Part shown: piece by piece, positions 1 through 11,208 of the stretch
Numbering within the stretch: position 1 is the stretch's first letter
Layout of the letters: the number at the start of each line of letters is the position of its first letter
NCBI RefSeq assembly: GCF_024521635.1
Contig: NW_026250438.1
Span: 62,001-126,000 of the forward strand
DNA: 64,000 nt
Direction of reading: 5' to 3'
Origin: Tricharina praecox
Lineage: Eukaryota
Notes under the pieces: generated by a model
The model's database searches: none
Seen by the model: only the letters and a program-made list of their open reading frames with translations
What the model was told of the DNA's origin: nothing
Translations under genes and position numbers: made by a program

Positions 1-369
1 GGATATCTATCATCCAGCAAATACTTCAGCCTGCCACCTAGACCGTGGACGGGAATTTTAAATGGAGAAAGCAGCGAATAGGTCAGCCGCACCAACTGAT
101 AACTCAGACCCAGCCGTTACTGTATAGCCGGGCCAAAAACCGGCACCGGATTATGCCTTTCGATCACTTCTATTGGTACAGAGTTAAGGACTTACCTACC
201 GTAGGTACTGCCGTACTAGCAGAGTAGAGCACAATACATATTCACGAGCTGAAGGAAGACTCATATCTGCTTGTGTAGCCCACAAACTTGCAGAGTGTGG
301 GGTTCAACGACCCACGAGCCTGGTTGGTCGGAAATTGGCTGGGACTCGAATTTCTCCTCAGACTGTTTT

Positions 370-698
370 GATTGGTGATGAACGACGTAGCGGTAGACGT
401 CGATTGGATGTATCCAAGACCTACCTACTAGTATTGCTACATACTTCTTCCCTAGGTGTCGTCTGCTACCTACCACCATGAGAGGAGCACATGAAGAATA
501 TATGAAGGATCAGATAAGATTTGAGGAGGCTAGCCGGATCGATTGACACCGAACGTTGTGCAATACATCGGCAGCAGAGGAGAGCCATATTAGATGGCTC
601 TTCGAAGCTGAATACAACCTCAACGTCTCCATAGTCTTTCATTTTCGCCGTCTTCTCCAGGATTATGTCACTGGGGCCTTGGGCACTCGAACACCTCA
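370..698 (-). mobile_element. Degenerate solo-LTR-like repeat, family B copy 1 (3' boundary approximate)
   Basis: The reverse complement aligns to 40539-40820. Shared blocks: AGACGGCGAAAA, GTTGAGGTTGTATTCA.CTTCGAAGAGCCATCTAATA, CAACGTTCGGTGTCA.TCGATCCGGCTAG, CATGTGCTCCTCTCATGG, GCAGACGACA. It starts TGAGG at 698, like the other copies. Confidence 0.65.
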
Positions 699-1051
699 AG
701 GGTGTGCTACATACCGTATCCTGGCGACCGTCACACACATGTATATACATAGACCCCGCAGGTGGCAGAAAGCAGATGACCCCACGCAGATGAAGAGCCG
801 CAGATGGTACGGTATCAAAGCCTCGCCCCACGCGAGTCAGCGACTATCAGACTCGGTGAACAACCTACGGTAGCGGGAATGCCCGAGCATATGTACACAT
901 CCAGCACGTTGACTCGAGTATAACCCGAATCTTCACACAGTTGCCTAGAACACACCGAAGCCGGTCTCAAAGTCCGGAGGCTTGTCTACCTCCTATCATC
1001 ATGACGCCTTACTGGGCTAACACCAATAGCCAGTGTACGTAGCAGCCGACA

Positions 1052-3565
1052 ATGTCCAACGACGCCCTCTTTGCCGGCTACGCTGACCAGTTTGCCGACA
1101 TCGAAGCCAGGCGCGGCATCCAAGCCGTTCACCAGGAGATGGACGATATCGCTTCGATCGAAGCACAATTCGGTGACATTGGGAAGGGAAGACGGCCTTC
1201 ACCGCCACGGCCCATCACGCTCGATATCGACGACGCACTGCTGCAACCGGCCACCCACGGAGGCTGCTCTAACAGCCCACTCAGCGGTGGGAGCTGGGCG
1301 CGCCACGATCCAATGGCGCTCAACGAGCGTGTCAATAAGCACACTACGTTCCTGAACCAGCTCGGGCAGCTGTGCGTCGAGTCGAAAGTGCGATACTGCG
1401 AGAACGAGACGTGTATGCGGAACAGGACGGAGATGGACAGCGTCGCCCCGCTGTGCGAGTGGAAGGCGTTTCGCGAATGGGCACTTACCACTACGTCCTG
1501 CCAGGCGTCGTACAGCGAGCATGACAAGAGGGCCAGGACGTACACTCACTTGCGCACCGCATGCTGTATGACCCACTGGGTTCTGTTGGGTCGCAAGCAC
1601 GATGGCCGCCCGGTCAGCCCGCAGCTCAGGGGCCGCAATGGTCGGCTGCACAAGGTGGATCTTATGGGCGTTTGCGAGGTCATCTACTGGACCTTGACGA
1701 TCCAGTCGTTCCTCGGAATGGGCGCCGTCTTCGAAGGCCGGTGGGAGCCGAACCTTTTACCGCAGCATATATTTTTCCCTGCGGTAGTCAAGGCAGCCGA
1801 GACGGCATCCGAGCAAGGGCTGTGCCCGAACCGAGTGTGGAGCCTGGCCATGGCGAGCGAGCGCCAACAACTCGATCTGCACCCGCTCATGGAAGCCATC
1901 AGGAAGCACGGATCGTTCCGCCACGCCGGACACGAGCACTGCACGGCGGGATTCTGCCATTTCACCACCATCGACAGTACCCGAATGCAGCAGCTACATA
2001 AGTGTGCGGACGCGCGCACCTGCGCGAAGAAGCATTTCGACTCGCGGCTTCTCGCGGAGTCGTTCAATCGCGACGGGAGCACGACGTGGTCGCTTTCCGG
2101 CGGCGCTGATACTCCACTCCCCGCTGGCCGGCCGTACGTCGCCATATCGCACGTGTGGTCCGACGGGACCGGAGTGGGCGTGGGCGAGAAGGACAGGGTC
2201 AACCACTGCCTCTGGGAAAGCTTTTCCGGCATCTGCGCGGACTTGGGCGCCGAAGGGATCTGGTGGGACACCATCTCCATTCCGATGGAGCGGGAGACAC
2301 GCAGGAAGGCGATCAAGGCCATGAACGAGAACTACAAGAACGCGGAATATGTACTCGTCCACGACCAGTATCTTCTCGACTTCGAGTGGGCAGACGACGG
2401 AAGCCCCTGTTTAGCGATGGTGCTTTCTCCGTGGTTCACGCGGGGCTGGACCGCGTTGGAACTCTACATGTCGAAGCGAGTGAAAGTGCTGTACAAAGGG
2501 CAGCAACCCGGCGTCTCCGTCGTGAAGGACCTGGACGATGATATCCTGGCCAAGGACCCCGCGCGCAGCACTCGCGCGCACTGGATCGCATCCTCACTCA
2601 TACGAAAGCTACGGAAGGAACTGACCAACGTCTCTGATATCCTAGTGACGCTACAGCCGCGCAGCACCTCCAAGTCTCCCGACCGAATCATCATCGCCGG
2701 GCTCCTAGCGGGTCTCAAAGACCACAACTTCCAGCTGCCAGTCGGCGAGACCACCAAGGCGATCATCACCCATCTTGGGCGCATACGACCGCCCAGCCTC
2801 ATGCACGGCCACGTGACAATGACCACGTCGGATGGGTTCTCGTGGTGTCCTCCAATGATCCTCGACATGCCGACGGACGCAGCAGGCGACCTGGAGAGCG
2901 GCTCGTTCTACAACGAAGTGGTGACGCTGCAGGTCGACGCACTGGGGCGGGTCCAGGGAGACTGGGACTACCGGCTGCTGACGCGCGGCGACGCGGAGGA
3001 GGGGAAGCTCCTGCCGTTCGGTACGCACTGGTCGGTCGTGATGAAGATCAAGCTGGCGCTGCAGAAGTGGCGGAATTGTATCCTGCTGGGTGTCAGGGAG
3101 CCCGGGGAGAAAGATGAGCCGGTGCTCCTGGTGGCTACCGTGGCGAAGGAGTCGGCGGGCCGTGAGGTCGTCGATTGTCGCTACGTCGGAAGTGTGCACG
3201 ATCGTCATCCGCGAAACGTCGGGAAGGACCGGAGAGAGCGCAGTATGATGTTTAAACGCTTACACGGATTTGCGTGCATACGGATCGGCGGCGAGGAGGG
3301 GAGGCCGGATGCAGACGCTCGCGAGGTTCTCGGAATGGACGAGTGCGAATTGAACGGCGATGACGAAGAAGGGGGCGGTGGCGATGCCGACCACGACGAT
3401 GGTGAAAAGGAGGACGATGGTGATGACAAACACAACGAAACCGCCGATAGTGACGCCGACAGTGATGATGATGACTACAATTCGATTGTGGACAGTGATC
3501 CAGATGAGGAATTTGGACCGCGGCGCCCCCGAAGTTTCTTACGAACCCTGCAGCACGCGAGTTGA
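1052..3565 (+). CDS. HET-domain (PF06985-like, heterokaryon incompatibility) protein, 837 aa, intronless, acidic C-terminal tail
   Basis: Single long ORF with HET motifs YVAISHVWSDG, WWDTISIP...RRKAIKAMNENYKNAEYVLVHD and SPWFTRGWTALEL, preceded by a His/Cys-rich segment (HAGHEHCTAGFC...QLHKC...C). Confidence 0.88.
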   Translation: MSNDALFAGYADQFADIEARRGIQAVHQEMDDIASIEAQFGDIGKGRRPSPPRPITLDIDDALLQPATHGGCSNSPLSGGSWARHDPMALNERVNKHTTFLNQLGQLCVESKVRYCENETCMRNRTEMDSVAPLCEWKAFREWALTTTSCQASYSEHDKRARTYTHLRTACCMTHWVLLGRKHDGRPVSPQLRGRNGRLHKVDLMGVCEVIYWTLTIQSFLGMGAVFEGRWEPNLLPQHIFFPAVVKAAETASEQGLCPNRVWSLAMASERQQLDLHPLMEAIRKHGSFRHAGHEHCTAGFCHFTTIDSTRMQQLHKCADARTCAKKHFDSRLLAESFNRDGSTTWSLSGGADTPLPAGRPYVAISHVWSDGTGVGVGEKDRVNHCLWESFSGICADLGAEGIWWDTISIPMERETRRKAIKAMNENYKNAEYVLVHDQYLLDFEWADDGSPCLAMVLSPWFTRGWTALELYMSKRVKVLYKGQQPGVSVVKDLDDDILAKDPARSTRAHWIASSLIRKLRKELTNVSDILVTLQPRSTSKSPDRIIIAGLLAGLKDHNFQLPVGETTKAIITHLGRIRPPSLMHGHVTMTTSDGFSWCPPMILDMPTDAAGDLESGSFYNEVVTLQVDALGRVQGDWDYRLLTRGDAEEGKLLPFGTHWSVVMKIKLALQKWRNCILLGVREPGEKDEPVLLVATVAKESAGREVVDCRYVGSVHDRHPRNVGKDRRERSMMFKRLHGFACIRIGGEEGRPDADAREVLGMDECELNGDDEEGGGGDADHDDGEKEDDGDDKHNETADSDADSDDDDYNSIVDSDPDEEFGPRRPRSFLRTLQHAS

Positions 3566-3697
3566 TGCGTGGATGGGGAATAGAATAAGCCACGTACGGT
3601 AGAGCGAACAAATGAAGGTGGTAACTAGGCCGTGTCTTGACTCTTTATTGAACAGTGCATATAGTAAATCCAGAACCGCAACTGTCCGCCCCGGTCA

Positions 3698-4028
3698 TAC
3701 GAGTTCGCGGCCAGCGGTCTGTACGAGCTCGCGGACAGCGGCCTGTGATAGCCCGGGAAGCGGATTTTTAATCTGCCATGATCTACTAGTTGAATGCAAT
3801 GATGATTGAACAGAAAAATCAAGCCGGCGGCGCGAGACGAGCCACGTGTCACGTGATTCTACTGAGTGATATACCTTGCTCCACCCGTCTTGCCAAAAAC
3901 AAAAACAAAAACCGTCACCACCCCCGGCGGGCGGCTTGGAAACTCCAAGAGCTGAATAGAAAGTTCTTTGACCTGGGTTGAACCGAGAATTTTCCCTCAA
4001 CTCCCCTCGCCGATTGCATGGCCCTACA
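3698..4028. repeat. LTR-like dispersed repeat, family A copy 1
   Basis: Direct repeat of 7671-7964 (e.g. CAAAAACCGTCACCACCCCCGGCGGG, TTTCCCTCAACTCCCCTCGCCGATTGC.TGGCCCTA). Ends in ...CCCTACA and has an internal 24-bp tandem duplication at 3698-3745. Confidence 0.75.
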
Positions 4029-4339
4029 TCCCCGGGTGGTACCTCATTAAAAACTCGTAACCGTGTAAAAACCCCTCATGGGAAAATCCACGGCGATGAG
4101 AAAGAGTACACCCTCCAAAGAGAAGGATACACATGAAACGGAGAAACTCAGGTCATCCGCTTGCCACGTGCTTCACTCCCACCGAATCCACTTCCCCGGT
4201 ATTCTGACTGCCACCAAGGCCAGGGCCATGGATATTCTTCCTGCGCGCTCGCGTGGTCCGAGGAAGGGAGGTTTTGCCATGGTGATTGCTTTCCGTGGAT
4301 CCAACGAAGGGGTTTTCGTCATGGTGATTGGTTTTGGAT

Positions 4340-6155
4340 GTTGGCAGTTGGTAGGTAGGTAGCGCAGATGAACTTCCAGTCGCAGGCGTCCCGGACGAAG
4401 TGGTACCGCACACCGATGTGTTTGGTACGTTCGTGGAATTCGGATTTTTCGCAAGTTGTATGGCCCCTTGATTATCAACGAAGATTTTCTGTGGATCGGT
4501 ATCGGACTGGGATTCTTCGTGGCAGAGGCGGTACGGGCATCGTTCGGCGTGATGGTATAAAATCTGGCCGTGCATGACTCGACTGTACAGGGACCGGATC
4601 CAGATGGCTTCCTTGGCTGCATCTGATCCGCCTATGTATTCTGTGTTGCGGCCCGTAAGGCCTTTGTTGTCGGAGCGGCGTGTTTGATCGAGTGAGGTTC
4701 TAGCACGGCTCACGCGGAAGGTTCTGGTTTGTCCAGCGAGTCAGGTTTGTCCGGCGAGTGAGGTTTGTGCACGGCTCACGAGGAAGGTTCTAGTTCGTCT
4801 AGGACGACTATAAGTACAACTAGAACCTCAGCTAGAATAATAAGAACTAAATCTTCTTCCTCTTCCAACTGCCTTCGGATCGGATCCCCTCGCGTGCGCC
4901 CCAAACCTCCAAATTGTGCATCAAAATTCTGCTTCCACGGTGGAGAAGGCAACTAGAGGTTGTTTCCGGGCGCGCCAGGATATGGCACCTCCTCCGAGAG
5001 TACAGACGTAGCCAGATGCTGATTTTCGGTCATCTGCATCTTCGGAAAATCCGAGGCTGTGTAGCCGACAGCTGGGACTCGATTCTTCCTTCATGGTTCT
5101 TGCCGTGGTTGTCAGAGCTGTTAGAAAGAACCACCTCATGCGACACGGACATCGTTCGAATCAGGAATATCGAGATCGGACAGGAATATCGGCTCGATGG
5201 GAGTTGCAAAGAAAGGGCTGCCGGTTGTGCGTTTGAAATATGAAATAGTGTTGGACGCGATGAAAGTCTGCTCGATGAAGAATTCTGCGCTATTGGGTTG
5301 CCAGTAACCACCGGGCTACTACTCCGTAGACCAGTAGTTAGCATTGCACGCTATAGTAATGTTATCCGATACCTACTTTTTCAGTCTTCGGTAGTTGTCC
5401 CGTTCACTCAGGTAACCGAACAGCGCCTGTCTTTCCTCCTTCAATCATTTGCATTTTCTTTTTCTTCCCACCTTTTCTTCCGGAATATTCAATGCCCTCT
5501 TAATCCAAAGATTTTCTCCTTGGCTTGTCAACCTAAACCCTTTCTTCGACGCCGCTTTCCAACTAAACAGGTTCAATTCCAGTACCGCTCTGAGCTCTTC
5601 TTGGATGTCGCGTAGAATTTCTGCTGGCGACGTGCCCCGGTCTGATGACTTGAGGCCAGGAAGGACTTTCGAATAATTCTGTACGAGTTTGAAATCAGTA
5701 TTGCCAACCAATAATATGCATTTAAGTAACAACTTACCGTAGTCCTCCTCACCCTCAGCCCACTCTCAGGAGCAGTTTATGCTCCCTCACTCCTCCTCCC
5801 TCCCGGTCTCCCATAGCACTCGCCACCTATGGTCCGCTCCCTGCCTAAGTCCAGTCTTCTGAGCTTGCCTCCGTTCGGCTGTGGGGTCCAGTGGCCATTG
5901 CAGTTCGATAGGCCATAGGTTGCTAGGAGCTTCTGGGTAGCTCGCTGTTGGTCCGAGGGAAAATCGTAGTGAGTAGGGGTAGCGGATGGACACGTAGGGC
6001 TCGGTTTGGCCGGTCTCGCTCGATTTCGATTCCGAGGAAGCATCTGACTGGACCGAGATCTGTCATCTTATACTTTGCGTGGAGGTGGCTCTTGAGCTCG
6101 GACACTCGATTTGCAGATGGTGAGAAGTTGAGCATATCGTCGGCGTAGAGCAGTA
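4340..6155 (-). mobile_element. Decayed Ty1/copia retrotransposon pol remnant (RT + RNase H), frameshifted and interrupted
   Basis: RT: LLLYADDML...KYKMTDLGPVRCFLGIEIERDR...QKLLATYGLSNCNGHWTP. RNase H: DDRKSASGYVCTLGGGAISWRARKQPLVAFSTVEAE / YIGGSDAAKEAIWIRSL...IFVDNQGAIQLAKNP / FHERTKHIGVRYHFVRD. Confidence 0.92.
4644..4926. mobile_element. Solo LTR (283 bp) nested in copia RNase H, 5-bp TSD TTCTG
   Basis: Starts TGTTG and ends CAAAA (one mismatch from CAACA). TTCTG lies at 4639-4643 and 4927-4931. Removing it restores the canonical STVEAEYI motif. Contains internal tandem repeats and a TATAAG box. Confidence 0.85.
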
Positions 6156-6407
6156 GAGTCGTCTTGGATAAGAGGCCTGAAGTCTGTATATAAAGAGAGA
6201 ACTCGCCGCCGATGATATTATTGCCGCATCGAATTGATTATCTCTGCCCTTCTACCCAAACATTTTCTCAGGTTATGGGCCCGGATTGAACGTTTGGGTA
6301 GAAGGGTAAAGATGATAAATTCGATGCAGCAACGATATCATCAGCGGCGGGGCGGCGGGGCCTCTCTTTATGTACAGACTGTAGACTTCTTGGTCCGAAG
6401 GCTACTC
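6156..6407. repeat. Long inverted repeat / foldback element (~110-bp imperfect arms, ~20-nt loop)
   Basis: Left arm AGTCTGTATATAAAGAGAG...GATGATATTATTGCCGCATCGAATTGATTATCTCTGCCCTTCTACCCAAAC pairs with right arm GTTTGGGTAGAAGGGTAAAGATGATAAATTCGATGCAGCAACGATATCATC...CTCTCTTTATGTACAGACT. Confidence 0.85.
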
Positions 6408-7344
6408 ATCCCAATGTGCCGCCCAGGTCACTCACGCCCAACAACGCTCAATCTCAGCCATCCGCTACGGAACCTTTTTTGCGCTAAATCTCCGGGCGTG
6501 CAAATTTTGACGATGGAGAAGCACCATATGTAGACATGTACTAAGGTGAGGGGAGAAGGAGGCGAGGAGGGCGACGAAAGACTCTTTGTATGTACCTAGC
6601 GATCCCTCCATTGAACAGTTTGTAGCTCTATCCCTTGCCTTGCTATGTACCTACATAGATTACGTGCAATGGAAGTCCGTATGGCCTTGGTCCGCAGCGA
6701 GGGCTAGATATCACCGATTAAGCGACCTTCACGGCCAATCACTCACGCAAAGTCGGCGCCACGTTGTTGAAACTGAGGGAAGAACTTGACTTGATTGATG
6801 TAATGAATACGAGAAAGATGAGAAAGGAGACTGCTTATAGAAGAAAACGAGCTCCTGTAAACAACGAGATGAAGCGGGGCCTCTGACAGAGGATGCGACG
6901 ATAGCCGTCGCCGTCGCCGCACTCGGGTTAGTGGCCCAAGTATTGTTTTTTCTTCTTTTTTTCTTCTTCTTTTACTCCTTTTCAGTCATAGTTTCGGCGA
7001 ACGATCTTGATGAAAGTTGTGATGACGACAACGATGATTCCCAAACCCGCCGATATACTTTGCAAGTGTGAATTCGCAAAGTTGGTTTATCCTTTGAGCG
7101 TTGGTTTCGGTACATACGACTTTTCGTATTCTTTTCGAACGTTTTTGCACGCAACATCCAAGGCCACGCGTTGAGCCCAGCACATGCCTGGCTTACTTTA
7201 GCTTCAGCCTTTAGAATTCATGTGGTGTGTGTGTGTCCCCTCTTTCCGACCGAGAGTCGAGTATGAGAACCGACCGATATATCCGACGATGAGGACGAGC
7301 ACCGTTAAAGGGTGTATTGAGCAACGGTCGTTGAGAGTGGGCTC

Positions 7345-7964
7345 TGTGAGGGATCTCGAAATCGCCGCGTATTAGCCGTCGTACGCCTCCTGGTTCCGTC
7401 CGATGTGGCGCCTATCGATGCCTATCCATCCGAATGCACCGGTTGTACCAGACCACCGCATAGCCCACCACCCCACCTTCCTGTACGTCTTGATCCATCT
7501 GATCTTACCTCCTGTGTGGGGGGACTTCAGTTCTTCGCCGTAAGTTTTATTTCCACCCTTCCCCCCGTGATGAAGTTCATCTTCGGGATCCTCGCCTCCA
7601 CAGCCAGCAGCGCGAGGAGCGGAGAGGGTTGAGTAGGGGGGGAGGGCGGAGAGCAATAACGAACCAGTATCGAGCTCACGGCCAGCAGTCTGTGACGGCT
7701 GGAAAAGCGGATGTTTAATCTGAAATGATCTACCAATGTCGAATGAAGTGATTAAACAGAAGGAAAAAAACGGCAGGAGCGCAAGGCGTGTCACGTGATA
7801 CCACCGGGTGATATCCAGTGCTCCGTCGGTGATGCCAAAAACAAAAACCGTCACCACCCCCGGCGGGTGGCTCGGAAACCCCAAGAGCTGAATACAAAGT
7901 TTTTGAACCTATCTTGAACCGAGAACTTTCCCTCAACTCCCCTCGCCGATTGCGTGGCCCTAGA
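7345..7964. repeat. LTR-like dispersed repeat, family A copy 2 (left boundary tentative)
   Basis: 7671-7964 aligns with 3720-4028, and 7648-7770 aligns with 17050-17183. Possible termini TGTGAGGG...CCCTAGA. No TSD found. Confidence 0.65.
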
Positions 7965-8399
7965 CCATTGGACCACGCGGGGTTTTTTCCGTGCTGCAGA
8001 TATGAATTCGAGCATTATAAAGTGGCGGGCGCCTCGCGATAGACAATAATAACGACGAAGTGGGTATTCACAATCTCGCCTCCAGCGACGCCGTTGCCAT
8101 CAACATCAACATCAATCTCCGAACCATAGATGTGGACTCGTCACTCCTATCTACCTACAGGATCACACCTACCAAACTACATAGTGTGTGAGAGTGCGAG
8201 TGCGTAGCACACTATAACACTATACCACCAAACGGTTCATACCACCATATACTACCTATACCCCAGCTGAAGGGGTGGCAAACGCTCTCAACCAGGTACA
8301 GCAGAGATTTCCCTGCCCTCCGCCCCGGCCTGTCCCAGCGATAAAAAACAGAGCACGTCAGGGAAATGACATTAAAAAAGGTACCTTCCGCTTCCTCTC

Positions 8400-9427
8400 C
8401 CTATTCTGCCTCGCCTCCTGCCTCGCCGCCTGCATCTTCAACAGGGGATGCCATGAAAGAAGGTGTGGGGAGGAACAGCGGGAGTAACCCCGACTCTTCA
8501 ACGTCAGCACCTTCATCCACCAGGCTCCTCTCGCCTCAGCTCCGCGTACCTTTCTTGCCGCTCGTTCCTGAGCTCTCGCTCGGATACCTCACTTGCTGTA
8601 CCTGCCTCAGTGGCCTCTGGGATTCGTCTGCCCACATCAGTGGCATTAAGGAGAGGAAATCTGGGATCGCCTGGCTGCAACGTTCTTCTGCGATGAGGTC
8701 TCGGATCTTCAAGCGACCATCTCCCCTCCCCGTCTCCTTCCGGACCTCTGCCCACAGTGTTTTCTGCGGGTGGCGAAAATTCGACGTCGGGGGGATTCCT
8801 CTTGCGAGTGACTGTTAGTGATGTGCTGCTGATAAGGTAGTACATATCTCTGCCGTTCCTGCCGAGGTGTTATATACCTGACTCGACTCGGCAAGGGTCA
8901 AATCCATCCTTAAGTGCAAATAATCACAGTCACAGTTGCGCCTATGGTCCTATGGATTTGTCCGCATAGCTCTAGTCTGGTCTAGCAAATCGTTTTGCTG
9001 GTCAGCCTGGCGACCTCGGAGAATAAGCCATCTCCGCATTAGGATGCTCTCTTGAATTACGAAACAAGGCTCCTCCTGCTTACCCTCTCCTGTCGCCCTG
9101 CTACTTACTTTCCCAGCGCTCCTGCAGTAAAGCCAGTACATGCCTATGTAACTTATCTCCTCTCGAGTCTTAACTCAAGCGAAAAAATCGCTTCTTTCAC
9201 TTCTTTGCTTATCTTGATTGCTTCTTCACCCCGAGTTTTGGATCTCTACCCTGATGCAAGCCTTTCCAGTATTCACCTCCGACCTGGCTTCCGAACCATC
9301 GAAAACTTTAATCGGCCGTGAGAGCTCTGAGACTCTGAGACTGTGAGGTTCTCGGCGCTTGGCTGTTGCCTGGCGGGGAGTTGACTCTTGAGTGGAATAG
9401 GTTGAGAGGCGGAGCTCGCTGAGACAT
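8400..9427 (-). pseudogene. Possible decayed spliced gene of unknown family
   Basis: ATG-led protein-like fragments in shifting frames (MSQRAPPLNLFHSR..., LHRHVLALLQERWESK, RWLILRGRQ..., ERELRNERQERYAELRRE..., acidic end) and a CTAAC...AAG intron-like 3' end near 8800-8820. Many stops; no recognisable domain. Confidence 0.25.
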
Positions 9428-11208
9428 AAGGACGCGGTAGTGGTAGTAGTGAGTCGAGAAACGGAGGGGTATACGTGCCTAATCTAGTACTTACGTGGGC
9501 AGAAGGCGCTGCAATCCACATTTCCCGATCACAAACACTCACCCATGCAGTCCAACCCTCCGAGCGAACACGCATGCAATGGAGTGGCCGGGAATACCTA
9601 CTTCCTACTCGACACACCGCCGTGAACTATTCAATCGCTGAATCGCCGAATCACTGATCCGTCCGTCGCACTGCGGCGGCGGCGGCGGCGGCGGCGGCAG
9701 TGGTGGTGGTGGTGGTGGTTGGCCCTGTGGGGGATCGCATACCATGCTCGCCGCGTGCCAGCTCCCACCGTCCCACCGTCTATCCGCGCCGTTTCCAGCC
9801 TTCCGCTGGCATAGTCTCGACCAATAGATTCTTTGGGTCCCGTCCTCCCCCCCCCCCCCCCCCCCCCTCTCTCTTACCACTAGGTAGTCGACGGATAAGT
9901 AATCGCATCCTCGGGGCTACGTAGGCAGGTGCTATACCTACCTAGGAGGTTACTCCAGTCTCCGATACCCTCCCTGAGCTCTCTCCTGAGTCCTACCTGC
10001 GCCAGCGCTTCCCCGGCTGTCTATCCGACTAACTGACTACTACTTTTGATTTCGGAGACTCGGGTCGAGGTGGGTGATCGACTCGAGTCGAGAGTCGACA
10101 CCATGCCTCCCCCGGGTATGGATTATTTGGTTACAATTTCCCATGCTTAGAGTACCGTCAGTCAGCCACGGCGACGTAGGCGACGGTAAGGTTGAAGGGA
10201 AGGAAGGAAGGAATGAAGGCGGGAGATGGATGGATGGATGGGTGGAGGGCGCAGGCGCCGGTGCTGGTTTCAAGGCAAGGCAGGTCAGGGACGTGGACTT
10301 TGAAGCATGCCAGTGTCCGTGCTTATGGATGAAACATGTCTGCGATACTATATTCTAGATACTATGTTATGCTAACTATATCATACTCACACACGACGGG
10401 GTGGGCACCGTGAACATACACAGCTACATACTTGAGTAGTTACTCTACGCTACATAAGTAGGTGCCTACAGTAGCATGCAAACACTCCAGAGTGATACGG
10501 TAGGCACTCTAGTACTGTAGTAGTTATCCAGGGACATGGATCGGAAGCGGAAACCTGCGGTGGCGGGAATATCGCGGGGAGGGATTCGAGCGGAGCGAAG
10601 GTGCAGTTACAGTGCAGTGCAGTGTGGTCGTTCGACTTTTGGTTTTTGCGTGTTGCGTATTGCCACACACACACCCTTCAGGTGAGCCTCGTAACCAATA
10701 ACTAGCGAGAGAGCGGAGAATCACATCGCATCGATACGACCGAGACGACGGCGATGCGGATGACGATGACGAGTGCGCCCCGTGGTGCCACTGTGCCACT
10801 GTCCGCTCGCATAACCACCGGGCCCGCAGCGAAGAAGAGGAAGCGGAAGGCTCAGTGCATATTTGTGTTGCACCTGCCGCCGCACCGAGGATTCCTGCTT
10901 TCGTCAAGAGTCGAGAGTCAACAGCGAGTCAGCGACGACGGACGAGTGGCGAGTGGCTGGGCGCCCGCTGTGGCTGGGCAATGCGCATGAGTCGGCCGAG
11001 AGTGAGAGAGTGTGAGAGTAAAGGTGAGAGTGGCTTGGCGGGCGAGGGTTGGCGGTGGGCACGGCCACGCACTGAGGAGTCAGCGGCAGTCAGCACTGGC
11101 GAGAAAAAGGTGTCTCGGCGGATCGGATGTGTCTGCATAGCTCAACTCTTAATGAGACGTCGACTCGCTCCAGTTTACTACTATAGTACAATGATAGTTG
11201 CCAACTAG

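Noticed and set aside
1071..3611. Many overlapping and antisense ORFs inside the HET gene (and likewise inside other GC-rich genes)
   Set aside because: These are shadow ORFs caused by high GC3 codon bias; they have no motifs of their own.
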